Assembly: GCA_017934955.1 (NCBI GenBank)
Contig: JAGBIO010000008.1
Coordinates: 1 to 32,000, forward strand
From: Clostridia bacterium
Lineage (GTDB): Bacteria > Bacillota > Clostridia > TANB77 > RGIG9151
Direction of reading: 5' to 3'
Length of the DNA stretch: 32,000 nt
The notes beneath the pieces are model-generated. The model ran no database searches. It saw only the letters and a program-made list of their open reading frames with translations, and was not told where the DNA came from. This document shows, piece after piece, positions 17,293 through 24,354 of this stretch; the first letter of the stretch is position 1, and each line of letters starts with the position of its first letter. Position numbers and translations under genes: made by a program.

Positions 17293-17446
17293 GTTACAGC
17301 TCAAACTATATCGTCCTACAACGATGGTGCAACCATTGTAGGGACAGCATTTATGCTGTCCTGCTTTCTGCTTTTTCTGTGGACAGCATGAATGCTGTCC
17401 CTACAGCGTTTGTGCCTTCTCTATAAATTTGGTTCTGACTTGTAAC
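17293..17446 (+). mobile_element. 154-bp MITE with TIRs and a perfect 8-bp TSD
   Basis: The left TIR is GTTACAGCTCAAAC (17293-). The right TIR reads GTTACAAGTCAGAAC as the reverse complement of the end at 17446. The core doublet at 17337-17405 is TGTAGGG-GGACAGCAT-TT-ATGCTGTCC, a 19-nt spacer, then GGACAGCAT-GA-ATGCTGTCC-CTACA. Direct repeats CCTTTTTC lie at 17285-17292 and 17447-17454. Confidence 0.93.
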
Positions 17447-17475
17447 CCTTTTTCTACAAAAAAGGATCAGAATCA

Positions 17476-17504
17476 TTGACTTTTATTGTAATATATGATA
17501 TCAT
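17476..17504 (+). promoter_or_regulatory. Sigma-A-type promoter of abrB
   Basis: TTGACT (17476-17481), a 17-nt spacer, then an extended -10 TG-A-TATCAT (hexamer 17499-17504). It lies about 30 nt upstream of the abrB SD. Confidence 0.7.
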
Positions 17505-17533
17505 TTGGAAGTTAAAAGAAGGAGGAATTAATT

Positions 17534-17776
17534 ATGAAATCAACCGGTATTGTAAGAAAAGTAGATGAATTAGGTCGTGTTGTTCTCCCTATCGAGTTAA
17601 GACGTAATCTCGATATCGAAGAAAAAGATGCTTTGGAAATTTATGTAGATGGAAATTCCGTAATCTTAAAGAAATATGAGCCGGATTGTATCTTCTGCGG
17701 AACAGCAAAAGATGTAACCACCTATAAAGGAAAAAATATTTGTGCAAACTGCATGAATGAATTAAAAAAAGCATGA
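17534..17776 (+). CDS. abrB: AbrB-family transition-state regulator
   Basis: 80 aa. The N-terminus MKSTGIVRKVDELGRVVLPIELRR is the SpoVT/AbrB swapped-hairpin DNA-binding domain. SD AAGGAGG. Confidence 0.93.
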   Translation: MKSTGIVRKVDELGRVVLPIELRRNLDIEEKDALEIYVDGNSVILKKYEPDCIFCGTAKDVTTYKGKNICANCMNELKKA

Positions 17777-17830
17777 AAAGGTACAAAAAAAGTGTTTTGC
17801 GTAGGCAAAACACTTTTTTTGTACCTTTTT
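17776..17830. terminator. Bidirectional intrinsic terminator between convergent abrB and the yycI-like gene
   Basis: A 25-bp stem AAAAGGTACAAAAAAAGTGTTTTGC, loop GTAG, then GCAAAACACTTTTTTTGTACCTTTT. U-tracts are available on both strands. Confidence 0.85.
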
Positions 17831-18333
17831 TACTCCACTCGACTTCCGACATAAGCATTATACAAATAGGTATTCTCTCCCGTCACAATCCTCCAAACCG
17901 GAATTGCCTCTCCCACCAACACACTTTCATTAATCTGCGCCATCTCCGGATAATAGCCCAGCTCAATACTCGTTATAGTGGTGTCCTTCAAATCGGTATC
18001 CCTCAAAAATAAAGAAATAACGGACGTAAGAGAAACAATTTCACGACGTCTGCCCTTGTAGTTCCATTCTTTCTCTTCTGAAAGCGGAATAAATTTTTCC
18101 ACGATTTCTTTCTCGTTAGAAATCGAAATTTTTCGCATATATCGTTTCGTCGTCACTTTCTCCAAATCGCAGGAAAGTGAAATATGACGTTTTTCTAATA
18201 TCTCTTTTACCGCCTCAACCACTTCCGGCTTTAACATATGTTCTTTGTTATCCCGATACACCATAATACCCAAAACTACATCAATACAAAGAAATATCAC
18301 AATCAGTAACGTTTTTATCCATTTCCACTCCAT
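17830..18333 (-). CDS. YycI-like membrane-anchored regulatory protein (short form)
   Basis: 167 aa. The N-terminus MEWKWIKTLLIVIFLCIDVVLGIMVY matches the YycI-type opening (M.W...K..FI..FL.L). It lies directly downstream of a YycH-like gene. SD AGGAG lies 7 nt upstream. Confidence 0.6.
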   Translation of the reverse strand: MEWKWIKTLLIVIFLCIDVVLGIMVYRDNKEHMLKPEVVEAVKEILEKRHISLSCDLEKVTTKRYMRKISISNEKEIVEKFIPLSEEKEWNYKGRRREIVSLTSVISLFLRDTDLKDTTITSIELGYYPEMAQINESVLVGEAIPVWRIVTGENTYLYNAYVGSRVE

Positions 18334-18349
18334 CGCATTACTCCTACCA

Positions 18350-19765
18350 CTAATTTTTTGTTGTCTTCAGCATTGCATTTCCATGCGTATTCTCTGTTTT
18401 ATATTCAATATACCAAATCGGATAATTTCCTCCCAAAACGTCAATATCATACGACATTTGAATACAATTCACAACCATAGTCTGTTTTTCCGGAATTTTA
18501 GGAATCAATTCATTCAAAATACCACTTGTCAAATTGGTTACAAAAGAAGAAAGGTTTTCTAAATCATACCGAATCAATTTCCCCTTAAAATACCGAATGC
18601 TGCCATTCTTCACTTTAAGCTGTGCAATCGCTCGAAAATCATCTTCAATTATTTTCTTAGAAGAAATCAAAGGAATTCCGTCTGCCGCAAGGAAAAAACG
18701 GAAATCATACTCATCTTCCGATTTTTTTACCGATAACAAGTAAATATCTTCATAGGCATGAAACATATCAATAAAATCCAACGCCATATTGTAAGCTATC
18801 GCAGGAGAAACATTCTCTGTATTCTCCAACTTTCCCTTATTAATATACTCCACCAAACCATCTGTATCAATTTGAACATAACTTTTATCATCGTTGATAT
18901 AAATAGTTCCATTATCGCCGGTAATAAACTTCGCATAATCGGTATTTTGAAAAATTTGCACTGCTAAATGATCCGCCGAATAAGCATCGTTCTGCTTAAA
19001 ATATTCTTTAATACTCAATTTTTTTACATAATCTCTCAAATTCACCTTATTTGAAATCGGAAATAAAACATCGGTATTCGGCTCAATAATTCGCTCCGAA
19101 TAAAACTTTGTTGTCCCGGTTTCCTCTAACGTCACATATTTTGCATCCGCAACTTTATCGATATAACCGTCAATAAAATTCTCAATATCCGCCATTTCTT
19201 CTTTCAACAAAATCTTATATAATAAATCCTTATCTTCAATCTTGCAATCCACATAAATAACAGCACCATCAATCGACTTCGTAACCGCAAGTTTATTGAT
19301 ATTATTAAAATCCGGTTGATTAATTCGAATTAAATTCGGTAAGACCAATTTCAAAATCTCAACATCAACCGTATTTCCAAACTCCAATATAATCGATTTT
19401 CGGTGAATCAAATCTTTCCACTCCGAAATATTTCCTGTAATCACTTCAGTCTTTTCACCAATATGATCAAATTTCACTTTCACTAAATTCCATGCTTCCA
19501 TCACATCCGGCGAATCACAATACAACATCCATTTTCCGTTATCCGGACTCGCTATCGTCAACTTATAAGGAACAATTGACTCCGCATATTTTTGAGAATA
19601 CTCCACTTCCTCCGTTATAAAAGTTCCCCTAAGATTTTTCGGAAAATTTGCCAAAACCAAAGAAAGCCCTTGGTAATTATCAAACCATAGGCTTCCCGTC
19701 AAATATATACTTAATCCGATTAAAAAACATAAAAACAAAGATTTAATATTTTCCCAAATACGCAT
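18350..19765 (-). CDS. YycH-like extracytoplasmic regulatory protein
   Basis: 471 aa. The N-terminus MRIWENIKSLFLCFLIGLSIYLTGSLW fits the YycH family opening (IKS...L..LS..LT..LW). It has a single N-terminal TM helix and a large extracellular part. Confidence 0.65.
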   Translation of the reverse strand: MRIWENIKSLFLCFLIGLSIYLTGSLWFDNYQGLSLVLANFPKNLRGTFITEEVEYSQKYAESIVPYKLTIASPDNGKWMLYCDSPDVMEAWNLVKVKFDHIGEKTEVITGNISEWKDLIHRKSIILEFGNTVDVEILKLVLPNLIRINQPDFNNINKLAVTKSIDGAVIYVDCKIEDKDLLYKILLKEEMADIENFIDGYIDKVADAKYVTLEETGTTKFYSERIIEPNTDVLFPISNKVNLRDYVKKLSIKEYFKQNDAYSADHLAVQIFQNTDYAKFITGDNGTIYINDDKSYVQIDTDGLVEYINKGKLENTENVSPAIAYNMALDFIDMFHAYEDIYLLSVKKSEDEYDFRFFLAADGIPLISSKKIIEDDFRAIAQLKVKNGSIRYFKGKLIRYDLENLSSFVTNLTSGILNELIPKIPEKQTMVVNCIQMSYDIDVLGGNYPIWYIEYKTENTHGNAMLKTTKN

Positions 19766-19767
19766 AA

Positions 19768-20244
19768 TTATTTATCCTTATACATTTCTGAAACAAACGA
19801 TTGAATATTCAAAATTCTATGTCTTCTTGTTGTTTTCTCTTTTTCCTTCACAATAATCGTTCTAAAACCCGACTGATAATTTTCACCGTTTTCCGCGAAA
19901 ATCATAATTTCATTTGTGCTGTTCGGTTCAAAAGTAACATCCGCCAAAAACATTCCGGAAGGTCCTACAATCCCCGTAATTGCCTCACCATCCACCATCA
20001 TCGGCACAAACAAAGAATCTTCAAATCTTTCATATAACGTAATTTCTGTATACGGCTCCGCCATACAAGAAATCAAATAAGTCTCCGCATAATTAATCGT
20101 TTCTTCCTCTTCCGGATTCAAAATATCCAAAATTTCAGAATTGCTTCCGATATCTTCCGGTAGCGACTCATAAAACGCAAAAGACGCTCCTGTAAAACTA
20201 TTTATCATTAACATGAATAACAAAACAAATATAAACCTCTTCAT
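19768..20244 (-). CDS. Secreted hypothetical protein
   Basis: 158 aa with signal peptide MKRFIFVLLFMLMINSFTGASFA. Its stop lies 2 nt from the YycH-like start, so it is the first gene of the operon. SD GGGAGTG. Confidence 0.75.
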   Translation of the reverse strand: MKRFIFVLLFMLMINSFTGASFAFYESLPEDIGSNSEILDILNPEEEETINYAETYLISCMAEPYTEITLYERFEDSLFVPMMVDGEAITGIVGPSGMFLADVTFEPNSTNEIMIFAENGENYQSGFRTIIVKEKEKTTRRHRILNIQSFVSEMYKDK

Positions 20245-20313
20245 CTCTTTTTCACTCCCATGCTTTTATTATAGAGGCATATTGTTACAAAATGATTACA
20301 AATACTTTACTCT

Positions 20314-20901
20314 TCAATTAAAATACCGAAAAAAATCATCAAAAGTCTTAAAATCACCAATTGTATCATTTAACGATTGCATAAACAAACTTAAAAATAC
20401 CCCAACTGCAATCGCACCAATTAAAATTACCAGTGCCACCATAATCCACTTTTTCGAAGAAACCAATTCTTCAAAAGAAATAAACTTACTCTTTTTCTTC
20501 TCCTCAAAATATCCCTCTTCATTATACGGTGTATAATTCGCCCGCGCATAACCATTTCTGTCGTAATAAGTTCCCGTACGATTTTGATGATACTTCACGT
20601 TTCTCATCATATCATTATACGTCTTATAAGGATTCGATTCCGTCTCACTTCGGCTTTCCTTCCGGTGATGTTCCACCGATTCTTCCGCTTTAATCCCCTC
20701 CGCCACGTCATAAGACTTTCTTAACTCCACATTCGAAAGCACGTCATAAGCACGATTAATCTCCTGCATCCTCTCTTCCGCAAAAGACTTGTCCCCTTTA
20801 TAAGTATCCGGATGATACTTCTTCGCAAGCGCTCGATACGCCTTTTTTATCTCACTCTGTGACGCCGTCGGTTTTACACTTAACACCTCATAATGATTCA
20901 A
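20314..20901 (-). CDS. J-domain (DnaJ-like) membrane protein
   Basis: J-domain [35 protein letters not shown] with the HPD tripeptide, and a C-terminal TM helix [22 protein letters not shown]. The start is TTG 20901, 7 nt after GAAGGAG. The ORF-track ORF (ending at 21087) reads through the tRNA and its terminator. Confidence 0.85.
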   Translation of the reverse strand: MNHYEVLSVKPTASQSEIKKAYRALAKKYHPDTYKGDKSFAEERMQEINRAYDVLSNVELRKSYDVAEGIKAEESVEHHRKESRSETESNPYKTYNDMMRNVKYHQNRTGTYYDRNGYARANYTPYNEEGYFEEKKKSKFISFEELVSSKKWIMVALVILIGAIAVGVFLSLFMQSLNDTIGDFKTFDDFFRYFN

Positions 20902-20926
20902 AAGAATCACTCCTTCATGCAATAAC

Positions 20927-20957
20927 GAAAAAGCACTTGCGTTCGCAAGTGCTTTTT
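20927..20957 (-). terminator. Intrinsic terminator after tRNA-Leu
   Basis: Minus strand: AGCACTTGCG-AA-CGCAAGTGCT followed by TTTT. It begins 7 nt after the tRNA CCA end. Confidence 0.8.
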
Positions 20958-20963
20958 CTCCTT

Positions 20964-21048
20964 TGGTGCCGCTGGCCGGAGTCGAACCGGCACTCCTCTC
21001 GGAACTTGATTTTGAGTCAAGCACGTCTGCCAATTCCATCACAGCGGC
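20964..21048 (-). tRNA. tRNA-Leu(CAA), type II, with encoded CCA
   Basis: 85 nt: GCCGCTGTGATGGAATTGGCAGACGTGCTTGACTCAAAATCAAGTTCCGAGAGGAGTGCCGGTTCGACTCCGGCCAGCGGCACCA. The acceptor stem is GCCGCTG/CAGCGGC. The anticodon stem is CTTGA/TCAAG with loop CT-CAA-AA. It has a long variable arm and the T-arm GCCGG-TTCGACT-CCGGC. Confidence 0.95.
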
Positions 21049-21058
21049 AAGTGAATTT

Positions 21059-21087
21059 AGTATACCGAAAAAATAAAAAAAAATCAA
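21059..21087 (-). promoter_or_regulatory. Promoter of tRNA-Leu
   Basis: Minus strand: TTGATT (21087-21082), a 17-nt spacer, TATACT (21064-21059). The tRNA 5' end lies 10 nt downstream. Confidence 0.7.
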
Positions 21088-21156
21088 TAGATTTTTTAAA
21101 TATTTTTTAAATTTTAGTTACTATTCGGACTTATCTCTTTTCATTTGTATGATTCA

Positions 21157-21190
21157 TTAATAGAGGAGAGGTTTCCCTCTCCTCTATTAA
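21157..21190 (-). terminator. GC-rich stem-loop downstream of the 21196-21966 gene (no canonical U-tract)
   Basis: TTAATAGAGGAGAGG-TTTC-CCTCTCCTCTATTAA is a perfect 15-bp stem lying 5 nt after the stop codon. No T-run follows it on the minus strand. Confidence 0.55.
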
Positions 21191-21195
21191 ACGTT

Positions 21196-21966
21196 TTATT
21201 TCACTTCCATATACGGAAAAGTCTTCGCAATTGTTCTTGCCGCCGCCGGGAATGTAACCATCAGTTCTTCCCTTTTCTCATAGAAATAGTCGTAACCGGC
21301 TTTCACCAAATAATACGAATACAACTTAAGTTCGGGATATTCATCGCACTGAAGAAGTGAGATTCGCGCCACATCACTCCTAATCGCCTCACGCAGTTCA
21401 ACGTAAGACATACCGAAACGATTCTCCAACAACCAAAGAGCACTCAGAATACATTTATTCGTCTCGAAAAACAGGACATTCTCGACAATCGGGCCAACAT
21501 TCTCATGAATCAAGTCCACCAATTCTTTATTCTGTTCAGGCGACAATTCATAAGAATAGTCATCAATGGTCTGCAACAAATCTGAAGTTACATTTCCATT
21601 GCTCAACAAGGCTTTGAAGAGTTCGAATACCACTTCCGGAAAAAGCTCAAAAAACTCCGTCTTTTTCTCCGAAAAAAGCATATAGATTTCCTCAGGATCC
21701 TCCAAAAGGATTTCTTTAAATGCCGGATCATCTGCCATAAAACAAACAATCTGCCAACCCACCTCGGTAGACGCATTCTCCAGAACGTCCATCACATCAG
21801 CCCTAATCTCAAGCATATCAAGGTGAGAAACGGCACCGCTAAGATGACGCTCCTTTTCACGCTCCACCTTGCAGACAAAGCGATAAATCTGTCCCTCTCT
21901 CTCCAAGCGCTCCATAAACGCCATCAGTTCTTTACCCATACCAAGCTGTTCCGAGAAATCTCTCAT
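21196..21966 (-). CDS. Hypothetical acidic protein (256 aa), no recognisable domain
   Basis: Uninterrupted ORF with a strong SD (TAGGAGG 7 nt upstream), its own promoter (22023-22051) and its own stem-loop (21157-21190). Confidence 0.8.
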   Translation of the reverse strand: MRDFSEQLGMGKELMAFMERLEREGQIYRFVCKVEREKERHLSGAVSHLDMLEIRADVMDVLENASTEVGWQIVCFMADDPAFKEILLEDPEEIYMLFSEKKTEFFELFPEVVFELFKALLSNGNVTSDLLQTIDDYSYELSPEQNKELVDLIHENVGPIVENVLFFETNKCILSALWLLENRFGMSYVELREAIRSDVARISLLQCDEYPELKLYSYYLVKAGYDYFYEKREELMVTFPAAARTIAKTFPYMEVK

Positions 21967-22022
21967 AACAACGACCTCCTAAAAAAATTTTTTAGAATTG
22001 TAGGAATAAAATCCTCCACCAC

Positions 22023-22051
22023 ATCATATCACAACTTATGTCTACCGTCAA
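22023..22051 (-). promoter_or_regulatory. Sigma-A-type promoter of the 21196-21966 gene
   Basis: Minus strand: TTGACG (22051-22046), a 17-nt spacer, then an extended -10 TG-A-TATGAT (hexamer 22028-22023). Confidence 0.7.
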
Positions 22052-22068
22052 CCAAAAAATATTCTTTT

Positions 22069-22311
22069 CTATAAAACTTCCTCCAATGCTTTCGCCAACT
22101 GATCCGGACAAGATGTTCCTCTTCCGTTGCAATTAATTCCCTTCAACTTCTCAATAACTTCTTCCGCCTTCATTCCTTCCACTAAATGTGCAATCCCCTG
22201 CAAATTTCCGTTGCAACCGCTGTAAAACTTCACATTACTCACAATACCGTCATTTACCTCAAACTCAATTTTCACTGAGCAAGTTCCTCTCGTCTTATAC
22301 GTATATATCAT
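22069..22311 (-). CDS. TIGR03905-type TSCPD-domain small Cys protein
   Basis: MIYTYKTRGTCSVKIEFEV...GCNGNLQGI...CNGRGTSCPDQLAKALE matches my memory of the TIGR03905 4-Cys family. The start is ATG 22311, 8 nt after GGAGG. The ORF-track start at 22326 overlaps the SD. Confidence 0.8.
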   Translation of the reverse strand: MIYTYKTRGTCSVKIEFEVNDGIVSNVKFYSGCNGNLQGIAHLVEGMKAEEVIEKLKGINCNGRGTSCPDQLAKALEEVL

Positions 22312-22331
22312 ATTCATTACCTCCATTTTAA

Positions 22332-24209
22332 CTACAATAACTTCTCATATTCTTCAATCGACGCACCACGCATAAACGCATCAATAATCTCTCTTCCCAA
22401 AGGATCCAACTCCGAGGTCAAATACTTCTGCAATTCCTTTCTGAAGAAATCATCCAGCATCTTAGCGCCCTTACAATACGCCTCTTCACCAACTTCCGGC
22501 TGAAGATTTACTTCCACAAACTCCTGTGGTACCATAACATCCGGCAACTCAATTCCCTTCAAAACATATCCCAAAATCGGATCCTTCGCCGGTTTTAGCA
22601 TATTCTTAAAAATCGGTTTCTTTCCGTATAACACTAAAAATTCTCTTGCCAACCACTGCGGCATAAATCCAACACTCCAAGCCCCGATATGCTGATTCGG
22701 TGTCAAAATATATTTCACATTATAAGAATCTTTAATCTGCTTCAAAAGAATATTCGCTTGCGTTACCATTTTTCCCGTCGCAAACGGCCAGTAAGAACCA
22801 ACTCCTTCACTGCTCATCCCCTTTGTGTCTACGATACTCGGATTACTGTACCCTCTCGGCGCAATCAATCTCCAAAGCCAAGCAATGGCCGGCGGCAACA
22901 TATGAAACATCCCGATAATCCCATACGTCGGATTCTCCTTCGTACAAGGCGGCGTCCGCACACCAAAACTACGAATATCCACCGAAACGGTAGAATCCAC
23001 GACTCTCGGGAAATTCTTCTTCGGCATAACCACACGCGGATTTGAACATTTCTTTCCGTTCTCTTCCTCAATCGGTTCCCAAATCAAAGCACTTGTCTTA
23101 GGGACTGCCTCCAAATTCAAATACAAAATTTGCTCCGGCGGATGCACGCACAAACGCTCTAACTCCGGATCGGTACCACACTGTAAAATATTATCGGTAC
23201 GAATAAACCAAGCATCTTCCGCATCTCTTACCACCAATTTTCCGTTATCCTTCTGCATATCCGGATGCGCAATCGCCATATCATCTGTTACCGGACGAAT
23301 CTTACAAATACTATGAAACTTCATCCGATATTTTTCTCCGGTCACGGTATTTACCCCAAAAGTAATTCTTCCGCTGACATCTCCTCCAACGTGTTGCGAC
23401 ATCTCCGTCTTACCGCTTCCGCTCGCACCCTCATGCATAATCGTAATCACATTTTTATGCGGCACCAAAACCTTTACGGTAGAGGCATGCAACGTTGTCC
23501 AGCCTTCTTTTTCTCCTTGATTTAACAACACGCCGTAAATTCCTTTTTTCGCACTCGGACCCGGGTACATATTATAAGAATACACCTCATGAATTTCATC
23601 TTCCCGATTGTGCACTACTACTTGTTTTCCGTTAAAATGTGTTAACCGGAAGGTCGGTGCCAAAAACAAAATCGCTTTCGGAGAAAAATTCCCCGGTATT
23701 TCGTCCGCCGGAATAAATGATTGCATATCCGCTAAACACCAAGCAAAAAACGCTGCATTTAACGGACCGATGTAAATTGACTGATAACCGTACTTATTAT
23801 CTCCCGACATAAACGGCATAATAATTAAATCCTGCTCACTCAGCCAATCCAACGTCTCCTTCTTCAAAAGTTTAAAATCATATCCGAACGCATCCTTAAA
23901 CTTCGGTTTATCGGTAGGCTTATCATCCGCAATAAACAAACAATTCGGCTCTCTTTTTCGCATATAAGGATCGGTATAATTTACCACAACCCCATTCTTT
24001 ACCTTTGTTGCCCAAGCCTCCTTAACAAGACCTTTTCCCGGAATATTAAACTCAATATCATAATAATCGTTATGTCCGCCCATCGAAAGTTCAATCAATT
24101 CCTCCCGACTATTCGGTATAATATACTTCCTACCGGACTTAAAAATTCTCTTCACATCCTCCGGCATTCCCAACTTTTCAAGAAACTTCTCCAATACAAA
24201 ATCCCGCAT
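22332..24209 (-). CDS. DUF4914-like large P-loop protein (PEP-carboxykinase/HprK-like Walker A)
   Basis: 625 aa with Walker A GASGSGKT in HEGASGSGKTEMSQH. Its size and overall pattern fit my memory of the uncharacterised DUF4914 family. It lies 20 nt upstream of the TSCPD gene. Confidence 0.7.
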   Translation of the reverse strand: MRDFVLEKFLEKLGMPEDVKRIFKSGRKYIIPNSREELIELSMGGHNDYYDIEFNIPGKGLVKEAWATKVKNGVVVNYTDPYMRKREPNCLFIADDKPTDKPKFKDAFGYDFKLLKKETLDWLSEQDLIIMPFMSGDNKYGYQSIYIGPLNAAFFAWCLADMQSFIPADEIPGNFSPKAILFLAPTFRLTHFNGKQVVVHNREDEIHEVYSYNMYPGPSAKKGIYGVLLNQGEKEGWTTLHASTVKVLVPHKNVITIMHEGASGSGKTEMSQHVGGDVSGRITFGVNTVTGEKYRMKFHSICKIRPVTDDMAIAHPDMQKDNGKLVVRDAEDAWFIRTDNILQCGTDPELERLCVHPPEQILYLNLEAVPKTSALIWEPIEEENGKKCSNPRVVMPKKNFPRVVDSTVSVDIRSFGVRTPPCTKENPTYGIIGMFHMLPPAIAWLWRLIAPRGYSNPSIVDTKGMSSEGVGSYWPFATGKMVTQANILLKQIKDSYNVKYILTPNQHIGAWSVGFMPQWLAREFLVLYGKKPIFKNMLKPAKDPILGYVLKGIELPDVMVPQEFVEVNLQPEVGEEAYCKGAKMLDDFFRKELQKYLTSELDPLGREIIDAFMRGASIEEYEKLL

Positions 24210-24253
24210 CTGCCTTAACCTCTTTTCCTTAGTAAAAAAATTTTCTTTTTATT

Positions 24254-24354
24254 GCGTCCATACACCTACTATCATCTCTTTCCGTACGGACACAATTCAT
24301 TGTGTCCGTACACCTACCATCATCTCCTTCCGTACAGACATATTCATTATATCC
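24254..24354 (+). repeat. Tandem palindrome array (~48-bp period) that reaches the rsmA stop codon
   Basis: A partial unit ..GTCCATACACCTACTATCATCTCTTTCC comes first. It is followed by the perfect 28-bp palindrome GTAC-GGACACAAT-TC-ATTGTGTCC-GTAC (24284-24311). The spacer ACCTACCATCATCTCCTTCC and a decayed hairpin AGACATATTCATTATATCC (24336-24354) complete the array. Confidence 0.85.

Noticed and set aside
21157-21190. Perfect 15-bp palindrome as another member of the dispersed repeat families
   Set aside because: The sequence (TTAATAGAGGAGAGG/CCTCTCCTCTATTAA) is unique in the window and lacks the GTAG/GGAC hallmarks. It is better explained as a gene-specific 3' stem-loop.
20927-22051. Integrated element (prophage or ICE remnant) at tRNA-Leu
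   Set aside because: There is no integrase or recombinase, and I could not find a direct repeat of the tRNA 3' end. Only one orphan gene is present.
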